In this document: positions 29,593 through 38,884 of the stretch, piece after piece
How positions within the stretch are numbered: the first letter of the stretch is position 1
Layout of the letters: every line of letters begins with the position of its first letter
Virus record (IMG/VR): IMGVR_UViG_3300028920_000001
Location: 1-64,000 of that record
Length of the DNA: 64,000 bases
Strand: one strand, 5' to 3'
Notes under the pieces: model-generated
Seen by the model: only the letters and a program-made list of their open reading frames with translations
Databases searched by the model: none
What the model was told of the DNA's origin: nothing
Translations under genes and position numbers: made by a program

Positions 29593-31686
29593 ATGTCTGA
29601 CGTCCTTGAAAAACTTCGAAAAATACGTCAAAGTCAAGATCTGAAGTTAAAGCCATCACCTTATCTCAAAAAAACTTATATTGATGAATATGGAATAGAA
29701 CAACCAGTTCATATTCGTAATTATCAAGCTTCTGGAATTATGAACCTTTGTCAGGTTCAACGGATGTGTCTTGGGGATGACACGGGACTTGGTAAAACGC
29801 TCGAAGCTCTGAGTGCAGTCGGATATGTGTGGCTAAAAGAACCGGAATATGTTCCGATTATTGTCACTAAAAAGTCTTCTTTATTTCAATGGGCGGATGA
29901 AGTAGACAAATTCATGAAGAATATGGAGACCATTACTATCAATGGTCCTCCATTTAAGCGGCACCAACTTTATGAGGATTTTTTCTTAGGTCATGATCCG
30001 AAAAAGAAGCGTTTATTAATTTTGACTTATGAAATGCTACTTCGAGATATCGAAGAAACAGTAATTCGAGATCGGGAAACTAAACCAACTAAAGAATTGA
30101 AAGCTCAGCTCAGAGCTACTCGAAAAGCATTAAAAGAAGCTGAAGTTCAATTAGAAAAAGCCAAAATAGGATTTAATGCATATTTTAAAGATCGTGGACC
30201 TGAAACTTATGAGTTTATTAAATCTCGTTTGCAGCCATTGGAAGATGGGGACGAGCCTAAACCGCCAATAGACTGGACTCCAAAAGATGAAACTGTACTA
30301 GTAAGAATTATTGGAATCAGGGAACAAGCTCGGGAATTAAAAATCAAGCTACAAGAACTTAAAGATGAAGAAGCACCACCTAAAAGAGTGCCTGGATTAA
30401 TTGATTATGTAAGAGAGCTTCTGAGTTTGAATGAAGATGCTAAAATAATGTTTATTCTGGATGAAATTCATGTTCTGAAGAATCATAAAGGCAAGATGCA
30501 CGGTTCAGCAGCTAAAATTGCTGCTGTTAGTGACCGTGTAATAGGAATGACGGCTACGCCAATTAAGAATCGTCTTATGGAATTCTTCGGATTATTCCGA
30601 ATTGTCTATCCAAAACTTTTCCCGAAAGTTACACATTTTCAAAATGCGTTTTGTGTAGTTAAATTACAAAGAATTAAGGGCGGGAGACACGTCCCGATCA
30701 TTGTAGGATATCGTAACTTAAGTCAATTCACTCAAACAATTGAACCGTATTATTTATCTAGAAAGAAGCATGAAGTGGCTAAAGAACTTCCTGAATTAGT
30801 CACTCGAGAATTGACCTGTATTTTGAGCGATGAACAAGAAGAACTTTACGCAATTGCGGAGTTGGGATTGCTAAATACTGGGGAGGATCCCGATTCTGAT
30901 GCTATGAATATTTTAAGTAGTTTGGTCATGGTTCAGCAAGCTGCTAATGCCCCTGAATTATTATCAAATGAAGAAGGAGTTCCATTCGAGGGCACTTCAA
31001 CCAAGATGGAAGTTTTGATTGAACAACTCAAAGATGAACTCGACGGTGTAAAGGTTATGATCTTTTCTCGATTTGAGAAGATGATTAGTTTAATTGAAAA
31101 ACGTCTGAAAAAAGAAAAAATAGAATGCGTTCGTATCACTGGTAAGGAAAACGCTAAAGAAAGAGAAGAATCTAAAAAAACATATCAAAATATGAAATCC
31201 GGCATTAACGTTATTTTAATTACTACTGCTGGTTCAGAATCACTTAATCTTCAATCTACTGAACATATTATTATGGTTGATTCCCCTTGGAGTACCGGGG
31301 ATTATTATCAATTAATCGGTAGAGCAGTTAGAATTGGAAGTCAGCATAAAGTAGTTATTGTAACTCACTTGTTAGCTCGTCGGAAGGAAGGGGAAAAAAC
31401 AATTGACCAACATGTCTTAAAGAAACTTAGAGAAAAGAAAAAACTGATGGATAAAGTAACTGGTGAAGCCTTGCCGGGAGGATTAGAATTCGTTGATAAA
31501 GACATGGCTATGGATTTATTCAATGCAATAAAATTTGATCATAATACTATTCAGTCTGTTAAGAAAGTAAGAATTCAGTCTACATCTTCTACATCTAAAA
31601 GAAAAAGTTGTAAGTCAAAGTCAAAGTCAAAGTCAATTAACCCAATAGTAGATCCAAAGTTAATTGTAGATCTTTCCGGTATCTGA
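29593..31686 (+). CDS. SNF2-family (SF2) helicase/translocase with a coiled-coil insertion
   Basis: DDTGLGKT, DEIH, MTATPIKN, IFS.F, SESLNLQ and QLIGRAVRIG motifs. Confidence 0.9.
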   Translation: MSDVLEKLRKIRQSQDLKLKPSPYLKKTYIDEYGIEQPVHIRNYQASGIMNLCQVQRMCLGDDTGLGKTLEALSAVGYVWLKEPEYVPIIVTKKSSLFQWADEVDKFMKNMETITINGPPFKRHQLYEDFFLGHDPKKKRLLILTYEMLLRDIEETVIRDRETKPTKELKAQLRATRKALKEAEVQLEKAKIGFNAYFKDRGPETYEFIKSRLQPLEDGDEPKPPIDWTPKDETVLVRIIGIREQARELKIKLQELKDEEAPPKRVPGLIDYVRELLSLNEDAKIMFILDEIHVLKNHKGKMHGSAAKIAAVSDRVIGMTATPIKNRLMEFFGLFRIVYPKLFPKVTHFQNAFCVVKLQRIKGGRHVPIIVGYRNLSQFTQTIEPYYLSRKKHEVAKELPELVTRELTCILSDEQEELYAIAELGLLNTGEDPDSDAMNILSSLVMVQQAANAPELLSNEEGVPFEGTSTKMEVLIEQLKDELDGVKVMIFSRFEKMISLIEKRLKKEKIECVRITGKENAKEREESKKTYQNMKSGINVILITTAGSESLNLQSTEHIIMVDSPWSTGDYYQLIGRAVRIGSQHKVVIVTHLLARRKEGEKTIDQHVLKKLREKKKLMDKVTGEALPGGLEFVDKDMAMDLFNAIKFDHNTIQSVKKVRIQSTSSTSKRKSCKSKSKSKSINPIVDPKLIVDLSGI

Positions 31687-31693
31687 ATTCTTC

Positions 31694-32569
31694 ATGGTAA
31701 TGAACTTATTATATTTAATTTTAAATATGAGGAGGCTTTCGAAAGTCGAAATAGCTAAAATGACAGACCTATACCGTAATGGACAATCAATTAATAAAAT
31801 ATCAAATTCTTTTTCTATCGACAGATCTACGATTAGATATTGGTTGTCTAAGTACAGTTTATTAAGACCAAAGACTAAATTGAAATTAGATGCTTCTTAT
31901 TTTGAAAATTTAAATAATAAAAATAAATGTTATTGGATCGGTTTTTTATTAGCTGATGGCACAATTGGGTATAGGTATCTTGATACTAAAAATGGGAAAG
32001 TACGAAGACCAAAGCGGGTGAATCTCACTCTTCAATCTAAAGATGAATCACACTTAAAATTATTTAAAGATGAAATTAACTTTGATGGTTCAATCAAACA
32101 ATTGACAAGATTTGATAAGAGATACGGTAAAACACGGCATCACTCTAGTCTTACCATTGTTTCAGTTCCATTTTGTAATTGTTTATTAGCTAAAGGATGG
32201 GATGAATTCAAGAAAGATGGTGATATATCTATTTTAGAACGAATTCCTAGTCATTTGTTGCTTTTTACTATGAGAGGGCTGTTCGATGGAGATGGTGGTT
32301 CCATTGTAGATAAACGAAATCAAATCATGGTTTATTTTACAAATAAACACCTTTCAGTAGTTCGGTTTTTCCAGAATTGGTTGACTCAAAAGTGTGGCCT
32401 TAATAAGACAAATATTTTCCAGAATTCCAAGTCTAAATTGTGTCGTCTTCAATATAGAGGTAATACTCAAGGAACTTCAATTTTGACATATTTGTATTCG
32501 GGGGGAGGACCAATGTTAAGAAGAAAAGATGCTCGACTTGTCTTGGATGTAGATTTTTCTGACATCTAA
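31694..32569 (+). mobile_element. LAGLIDADG homing endonuclease with N-terminal HTH
   Basis: YWIGFLLADGTI and MRGLFDGDGG motifs; likely start at MRRLSK. Confidence 0.85.
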
Positions 32570-33426
32570 TGCCGGAATGTACTAAATGTTCCGATTTAGG
32601 AGTGATTGATCGGGACGGAAAACTATACGAATGTGATTGTGCATTTGTACGTAGATTATCTAATACTCTTCCTCTCTATATTAAGCAAGCCCATTATCAA
32701 AAAGAACATTTACAGCTCGGTATGCTAAAACATACTGATAAATCGATTTATATTAAATCTACTTGGCAGGATATGAAAGCAATTGTGAAAGCTTTGTTTT
32801 TCATGTATCCACGGAAGTTTATTCGGATTACTTCAGATGCTGAAATTCGTGATGTTTACGTAGGATCAAAATCGCGGGCTGCTCGATCTGAAGACTTTGA
32901 CGGGGAAGTATATAATAATTTGGCTGATTTAGTTACTGGACCTGAGTTGTTAATTGTTCGACTTGGGGAGATCAAAAATAAAAATAAAGCTGCTCCTGGA
33001 GCATTGCTTGAATCACTTAAATATCGGATTGATTATGGACGTCCAGTATGGATTTGGACTGATTTGGAATGCCCTTTTAACTTAGGTAGTTTTGCTTATT
33101 CCGAACCTGTGGCCGAGATTTTAGCTACAGGTTGTACTTCCATTGAGGTCCCTCGAATCGCCCCTGATTCTAATTATGAATCTTACTTTGATATCGAGAC
33201 TACTTCTTCCGGGTCCTCTTCCGGGTCCTCTCGTCCTCTAATTGATTCTAACGGGGAGGAGGACCCTGCTGCTGCCCAAACTCAGAAGAAGATAAAGAAA
33301 AAGGCAAAGAAGACCTATGTAGAACCAGTTGAAAATAATGAAATTGAGCTAGATTCTAGTCCATCCAATTCGTTGTCCGGATATGGTGGTGGAGTTGGAA
33401 AATCCAAAAAATTTGGGCAACGATGA
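32569..33426 (+). CDS. DnaC/IstB-like helicase loader with degenerate ATPase motifs
   Basis: N-terminal CxxC..G..CxC; ELLIVRLGE sits at the Walker B position; R.....PVWIWT; directly upstream of DnaB. Confidence 0.5.
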   Translation: MPECTKCSDLGVIDRDGKLYECDCAFVRRLSNTLPLYIKQAHYQKEHLQLGMLKHTDKSIYIKSTWQDMKAIVKALFFMYPRKFIRITSDAEIRDVYVGSKSRAARSEDFDGEVYNNLADLVTGPELLIVRLGEIKNKNKAAPGALLESLKYRIDYGRPVWIWTDLECPFNLGSFAYSEPVAEILATGCTSIEVPRIAPDSNYESYFDIETTSSGSSSGSSRPLIDSNGEEDPAAAQTQKKIKKKAKKTYVEPVENNEIELDSSPSNSLSGYGGGVGKSKKFGQR

Positions 33427-34940
33427 ATCGAATTTTAAGATCTGTAATTCAAGTTGCCAATCAGCCCCCGGCTGAAGAAGCACTTAATAATTGGAATAGA
33501 TTATTAGAATATAATCTTGATTTTCCCAGTGAAGAACTTCATAAAATTTACAAATATCTTAAAGATTTCTATTCTCAAATGAGTGCACCACCAGATTTGA
33601 GTTTGGTGGTTGAATATTTCGAAAAATTAGATGATGTCGAGACTGTTGATCAACTTAATGAAATCAAATCAGCTCAGTGGTATATCCAAACTAATTATAT
33701 TTCGATTGTTCGAGGAGTTCAAGAACAACAACAAATTAAAAATTTTGCTTTATTATGTCATGATGCCCAAATTATTGCTGAACATGGACGTAATTTTGAA
33801 AAGCCAATTAATGGAAAGAAGATCCTGCGTGGAGTAAGTGACGCGGTTACTTTCGTTTTTGATCATCTTCATGAATTCACTCGAGTAGAAGGTGGGGAAA
33901 AGCTTGAGGGTGTAGTCAGTGATGATGCAGAAGAATTTATTGAAGAATATGAAACAACTGAAAAAACAAATAAATATACAGACCGAAATTTAGTAGGACT
34001 CGAGCCAGTCGATTCAGTGTGTCGTGGCCATCGACGTGGCGAATATTGGGTTCATTGTGGATTTTCAGGCGAATTGAAGACTTCTTTTGCATTAAATTAT
34101 GCTTATAACAATGTCGTGGTTTATAAGAAAAACATCTTTTATTCTATTTTAGAAATGCCATATAAGCAGCTTCGTCGACAATTTTATGCAATTCATTCTT
34201 CTCATGGCAAATTTGTTACTCGATGGCATCATGAAGATGGTTATACTGGTTTAGACCATCGACAAATTCGAGATGGTGAGCTCTCGAAGAGAGACAAAGA
34301 ACGACTTAAAATCATAGCTCAAGATTTTAAGAAATCGACTGAAGGACGACTTTTTATTTGGCGGCCGAATGATGAAGTCACTATTAACGAAATTCGCCGT
34401 AAAGCTGAGATCTTCCATAATAAATGTGGCTGCGACGGAATTATTATCGACCATCTTGGTCTCGTTCTTCCTAATCGTCGCATTTCTGATTACGTTGTAT
34501 CGCTTAATTCAGTAGTACGTGAGGGGCGACTCATGGCTCTCAATTTTGCTCGAGGACGAGGTGTTCCAGTTTTCGCTTTATTTCAGCTTAATCGTCAAGG
34601 TAAACTTCGAGCTGATAAAAATGATGGTCGGTACGACTTTGCAGCAATTTCATATGCTAATGAAATTGAGAAATCAGCTGATGTGATTACTTATACTTAT
34701 CTCAATGATGTTTTAAGAGACGAGGGTAAATTCTATTTAGGTAATCTCAAAAATCGAGATAATCCACTTTTTGATCGAATGGTTGGCAAGATTATTTGGC
34801 AATCTAAGCGCATGCGAGCGATTGAATCTAGTTTACTAGACGAGGGTGATTATCTGACTCCCGGTAAATTGCTTGAACTTCAAAATCGCATGGCAAATGA
34901 TGACACTCGTTTAACAACTGAAGAACTTTTGGCTATATGA
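33423..34940 (+). CDS. dnaB: Replicative DNA helicase (DnaB family)
   Basis: GFSGELKTS (Walker A variant), ILEM, IIIDHL, QLNR, IEKSAD and KNRD motifs. Confidence 0.85.
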   Translation: MNRILRSVIQVANQPPAEEALNNWNRLLEYNLDFPSEELHKIYKYLKDFYSQMSAPPDLSLVVEYFEKLDDVETVDQLNEIKSAQWYIQTNYISIVRGVQEQQQIKNFALLCHDAQIIAEHGRNFEKPINGKKILRGVSDAVTFVFDHLHEFTRVEGGEKLEGVVSDDAEEFIEEYETTEKTNKYTDRNLVGLEPVDSVCRGHRRGEYWVHCGFSGELKTSFALNYAYNNVVVYKKNIFYSILEMPYKQLRRQFYAIHSSHGKFVTRWHHEDGYTGLDHRQIRDGELSKRDKERLKIIAQDFKKSTEGRLFIWRPNDEVTINEIRRKAEIFHNKCGCDGIIIDHLGLVLPNRRISDYVVSLNSVVREGRLMALNFARGRGVPVFALFQLNRQGKLRADKNDGRYDFAAISYANEIEKSADVITYTYLNDVLRDEGKFYLGNLKNRDNPLFDRMVGKIIWQSKRMRAIESSLLDEGDYLTPGKLLELQNRMANDDTRLTTEELLAI

Positions 34941-34952
34941 ATTGTTAGTAAT

Positions 34953-35234
34953 ATGCGTTTTGCACATATGAAAACTAAAGATGGTACTCTGGTAGTCGTA
35001 TCCGTATCTAAAGACAAACTTTATATTACTATTTCACCTGAATTAGGAATGCATACTGGGATCACCTTAGATCCAAATGCAATTAAATGGAATACAATGT
35101 GGTTTATTAAAATTATCCGTGGTTTTATTGAAGTTGGAAATATTAAATGTGATATTTTCGATGTAGCTAAAACAGTTTTGACTTTAGCGAAGAAACAGCA
35201 TTACGATGTGTTGTTACCAGTGATGTGTAGTTAA
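34953..35234 (+). CDS. Hypothetical protein with VMCS tail
   Basis: 93-aa ORF; ends VLLPVMCS*. Confidence 0.55.
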   Translation: MRFAHMKTKDGTLVVVSVSKDKLYITISPELGMHTGITLDPNAIKWNTMWFIKIIRGFIEVGNIKCDIFDVAKTVLTLAKKQHYDVLLPVMCS

Positions 35235-35641
35235 GTCTCCATAACGTCTGAAACTAAGGCAGTTTTAAGAGTGTCGATTATTTTAAGTGAATTTTTAGAT
35301 ATGGTTTCCATTAGTGCTTCCTGTATATCATAATCGTTTTTTATTATTTCAGACAATTGCCAATGAATATTATAATCTTTTTCAAATAAAATAAGGAATA
35401 GACTAAGGAATTTTTCCATATTAACAGGTTTTAATTCATAGCCTTTTCCTTTACACTCTCTGCATTTCACATCATCTAATGAGACTGTCTGATCTAATGT
35501 TCTATAACTTTCGTTGTGTCCTTTTCCATAACAAAAATTGCAGGGGATTGTTATCATCAGTCCAATTTTATCGAAATCTTCGCCAGAACCATAACCTAAT
35601 AGAATATCTTTAATTTCTCTGCGAAGATTTTCATCCATCAT
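35231..35641 (-). CDS. Protein with a DnaJ-type CxxCxGxG zinc finger and VMET tail
   Basis: CNFCYGKG and CRECKGKG; ends LVSDVMET*. Confidence 0.65.
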   Translation of the reverse strand: MMDENLRREIKDILLGYGSGEDFDKIGLMITIPCNFCYGKGHNESYRTLDQTVSLDDVKCRECKGKGYELKPVNMEKFLSLFLILFEKDYNIHWQLSEIIKNDYDIQEALMETISKNSLKIIDTLKTALVSDVMET

Positions 35642-35829
35642 GTTGTAAAATACATTGGTGGCAGATCAAAAAACCGCACATCAAGAATGGGTAGCTAAAA
35701 GAATCAAAGAGGTTCTTAGTCGGTATACTGCATTTGAGGCTTTACATGAATATGGATATGGGGATAATGTTGTAGACCAATTCACTGCTATTCAGATTTC
35801 TTTTGACTTATTATGTTGTAAAATACATT
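35640..35829. repeat. 17-bp direct repeat ATGTTGTAAAATACATT at 35640-35656 and 35813-35829
   Basis: Exact match read from the sequence; the copies flank the primase fragment. Confidence 0.85.
35658..35802 (+). pseudogene. Truncated 5' duplicate of the primase Zn-domain gene
   Basis: TAHQEWVAKRIK.V.SRY...DQFT.IQIS aligns with the N-terminus of 36688-37296 and stops just before CPFH. Confidence 0.8.
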
Positions 35830-36653
35830 CTTTCACTTATTATTTTACAAATTAATATAAATTTTTTGAATGGAATATTATTTTTCATTTTGTTGATTCC
35901 CCAACAACAAAATACCACATTTGAAATTGTGTATCCTTTTTCGGAGTCTAATCTATCTAAACTAATTAAGTTAAATCGTCTTGGATTATTATACTCATAT
36001 GAATGTTCTAATTTTTCGCCAGTGTAGAAACATTTTCCATCTTGTTTTTGGTATAAATTATGAAGTTGTTTTAATGTTAGATTAGAAATCTTGGAAATTG
36101 TTCTTCCTCTGAATTTGTCTTTCCTTCTAGTGGCCTTTAGTATGATTTTTAATTTTGTTTCAAGATCTCTAGAATTCTTTTTCATAATTCTTTTACTATC
36201 ACATTTTTTACAAATTCCACTTTTCCAATTTTGTCTTGTTTTATTTCTTTCAAATCTGAATTCTTCAAATTTACCAATATATCCACAATAGACACATCTT
36301 TTAGTAGATTCTATATAATTTTTAATTTCTTCATAATTTTTATTAAAATCACTATAATTTTTTATCCATCTTCGAATTGTTTCGTAAGCTATTTTAGTTT
36401 CTCTCAATGCTTTTCTTTCTACTCTCAATCTTTTAAAATTAGATAAGAACAATTGTTGCTTTTGATTAATTTCATGTTGGTTTTTGATTTTATAAGTTTC
36501 TGAATATTTTAAAGTTTTTAGCCCAAGTTTTTTTGCTCTTTCGTAAATAGATACATGAGAGCGTCTAATTAATGATTGTAATTTTTTCATATCCGGAGGG
36601 AGACTCCAATTTTCTTTCAAATATGTTATTTCTTCTTCTGACCACGGTTTCAT
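35811..36653 (-). mobile_element. HNH-like homing endonuclease
   Basis: Q.GKCFYTG...SLDRLDS.KGY...NVVFCC..IN.MK motif; N-terminal W+.EE...L DNA-binding repeat and CxxC; very AT-rich. Confidence 0.8.
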
Positions 36654-36687
36654 GTAAACTGTTTATAATTAATGGCTTATAAACATT

Positions 36688-37296
36688 ATGCCACAAACTG
36701 CCCATCAAGAATGGATCAATAATCGTATAAAGGCCGTCAGTTCTAGGTTTAGTGTATATGATGTTTTAGTTGAGAATGGAATAGAACTGGCAGACCAGTT
36801 TACTGATCTACAAATCAGTTGTCCATTTCATAAAGATCAAAAACCTTCAGCTAGATATTATGGCTCCGGTGGAGGTCATTTTCATTGTTATTCATGTAAA
36901 ACTCATGCTAATAACAGTATCGCTTTATATGGAAAATTCCGATCTATCGATTTTATGCCCGCGCTTAAGGAACTCGAGCGTAGATTTGGGATCAAAATTC
37001 CGAGGCAACCAGATATCCCGGGATATGAAGAACCGACTGATAAAATTTCAGCTGAATACAAATCAGATGCTTGGGCTGACATTCCTAGAATTCTAGCTTT
37101 GCTAGAAAAGAAATTATTGAGATTACGTGATAAGGCTCCATTGGTTGATTATATTAAATTTTGTCGAGTGCTGGATGTAGTTCAGTGGGATTTTGATAAA
37201 AATCAAAGTAAGGCTACTCCTGCGATGATTCAAATTTTAGAAAAATTAAGAAATAAAATGGATGAAATGGCTAATTTGGAAACATTCGATGATTGA
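36688..37296 (+). CDS. DNA primase zinc-binding (CHC2) domain protein without a TOPRIM domain
   Basis: CPFH.D.KPS...FHCYSC...F..AL.EL..RFGI motif. Confidence 0.8.
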   Translation: MPQTAHQEWINNRIKAVSSRFSVYDVLVENGIELADQFTDLQISCPFHKDQKPSARYYGSGGGHFHCYSCKTHANNSIALYGKFRSIDFMPALKELERRFGIKIPRQPDIPGYEEPTDKISAEYKSDAWADIPRILALLEKKLLRLRDKAPLVDYIKFCRVLDVVQWDFDKNQSKATPAMIQILEKLRNKMDEMANLETFDD

Positions 37297-37765
37297 ATTT
37301 ATAGAATATTCTCTTAGCCTTAATACTGGAGAAACAATTGAAGTATCAGAAATATCAGATAAATTGTATCCACCATTATCCGATCCAGAGGTCCAGGAAA
37401 TTTGTAAACCAATCTTGGATAAATGTGTTCATGTTTCTCGTTTTATTTTAGAAGAAGCCAAACTTGGATTTTCCAAACAACTTGACGAGAAGCTAAGTAC
37501 ACCTCCGTTAGGTGCTTTGATTAAATTAGCTCTAATTTGTTCAGAAATTGACATTTGCGCGATTGCTGATAAAATTAAATGCAATACAAATTACCGTAAG
37601 AAAATGGGAAAAGACACTATTTATTGTCCATCTTGTTGGGATTTTAAAATTACAGGAGATTATGCGCCTACTTCCATGGCTTCAGCTAAGTTATTGGTGA
37701 CTAGTATTATATCAGCTTGGAAATTTGATCATTATGTTATCGTTGTAGACGAAAATGGAAATTAG
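37289..37765 (+). CDS. Hypothetical Cys-containing protein
   Basis: Likely start MIEFIE, overlapping the end of the primase-domain gene. Confidence 0.5.
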   Translation: MIEFIEYSLSLNTGETIEVSEISDKLYPPLSDPEVQEICKPILDKCVHVSRFILEEAKLGFSKQLDEKLSTPPLGALIKLALICSEIDICAIADKIKCNTNYRKKMGKDTIYCPSCWDFKITGDYAPTSMASAKLLVTSIISAWKFDHYVIVVDENGN

Positions 37766-38847
37766 CGATTAGAAATTTCATTTATTAATTCTTCAAATAA
37801 TTTTTTAGCTCGGTTAGTTTTCAGTTCTGGTAATTGAACTTGTAGAGTCACGAACAAATGACCTGATTGACCATTATTAACATCCTTAATTCCAGCGCCA
37901 ATTACTCTCACTGTGGTTTGACCAGGTTCAATTCTTTCAGGAATATCGACTTTAAGTCTTTTTCCATTTAAAGAAGGAACAGTAACTGTACCTCCTGTCA
38001 TTGCAATGTCGATAGGTATAACTTGATTTATATAGAGATCTTGGCCGACTCGCTTGAAAATTGGATGTTCATTAATTCTAATAGTGATAAAAAGATCTCC
38101 TGGTGGTTGACCAGGATTCCCCATACCGGTTAGTCTTAATTTGTGATTATCGGAGATCCCAGCCGGAATTTTGACTGTGAATTTTTTCTTAGCTATTATA
38201 AATCCTTGACCATTACATTTTTCACAGGGATATTTAGGGATATCTCCTGATCCTCCACAATTATCACATGGTTCATTATCACTGAAGTATAGCTTTCTTC
38301 CTGATCCCATGCACCTGGAACAAACTATTCGTGCTCCTTTAGTGGCTCGCTTACCTAAACAAACTGGACAAGTGATCCTTTCTCTTGATGGAGCTCCGAT
38401 TTGTTTTGTGCAACCTTGGGCCGCTTCTTCTAATGATATAGATAAATTAATATCTATATCATTTCCAGGGCGTGTTGATGGTCGATGTGTTTCTCTATGT
38501 CTAGTTCGAGCTCCACTAGTAGCTCTTAATACTTCTTCAAAATCATCGAACATACTATTACTAAAATTATCGACATTTACTCTCCAACTTCGAGTATATG
38601 GAGATTGAGATTGAGATTGAGATTGAGATCTAGGGATACCGAACTGTAATTCAATGTCATATTGTTTTCTCTTACTGGAATCACTTAATGTTGCATAAGC
38701 TGCTTGAGCTTCTTTAAATTTAGTTTCTGCTTCTTTATTACCTGGATTTCGATCAGGATGGTGTTTAGCAGCTGCTTTTTTCCAAGCTTTTTTAATTTCA
38801 TCTTGGTTGGCGTTCCTGTTGACGCCAAGTGTATCGTAATGATTCAT
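37762..38847 (-). CDS. dnaJ: Chaperone DnaJ
   Basis: J-domain with HPD, four CxxCxGxG-type repeats and C-terminal PGDL / GGTV.VP domains. Confidence 0.95.
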   Translation of the reverse strand: MNHYDTLGVNRNANQDEIKKAWKKAAAKHHPDRNPGNKEAETKFKEAQAAYATLSDSSKRKQYDIELQFGIPRSQSQSQSQSPYTRSWRVNVDNFSNSMFDDFEEVLRATSGARTRHRETHRPSTRPGNDIDINLSISLEEAAQGCTKQIGAPSRERITCPVCLGKRATKGARIVCSRCMGSGRKLYFSDNEPCDNCGGSGDIPKYPCEKCNGQGFIIAKKKFTVKIPAGISDNHKLRLTGMGNPGQPPGDLFITIRINEHPIFKRVGQDLYINQVIPIDIAMTGGTVTVPSLNGKRLKVDIPERIEPGQTTVRVIGAGIKDVNNGQSGHLFVTLQVQLPELKTNRAKKLFEELINEISNR

Positions 38848-38884
38848 GACACATTCTTAAAGTACATTACGGGTGTAAAATAAG

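Noticed and set aside
27435-32569. LAGLIDADG genes as parts of group I introns or inteins
   Set aside because: The flanking genes appear complete, and no intein C/S...HN ends or intron core were recognised; they are treated as free-standing.
38602-38628. (GAGATT)n microsatellite, and similar hexamer runs near 31615 and 62665
   Set aside because: Six-bp units keep the frame and encode SQ, SK and PQ linkers, so they are not phase-variation switches.
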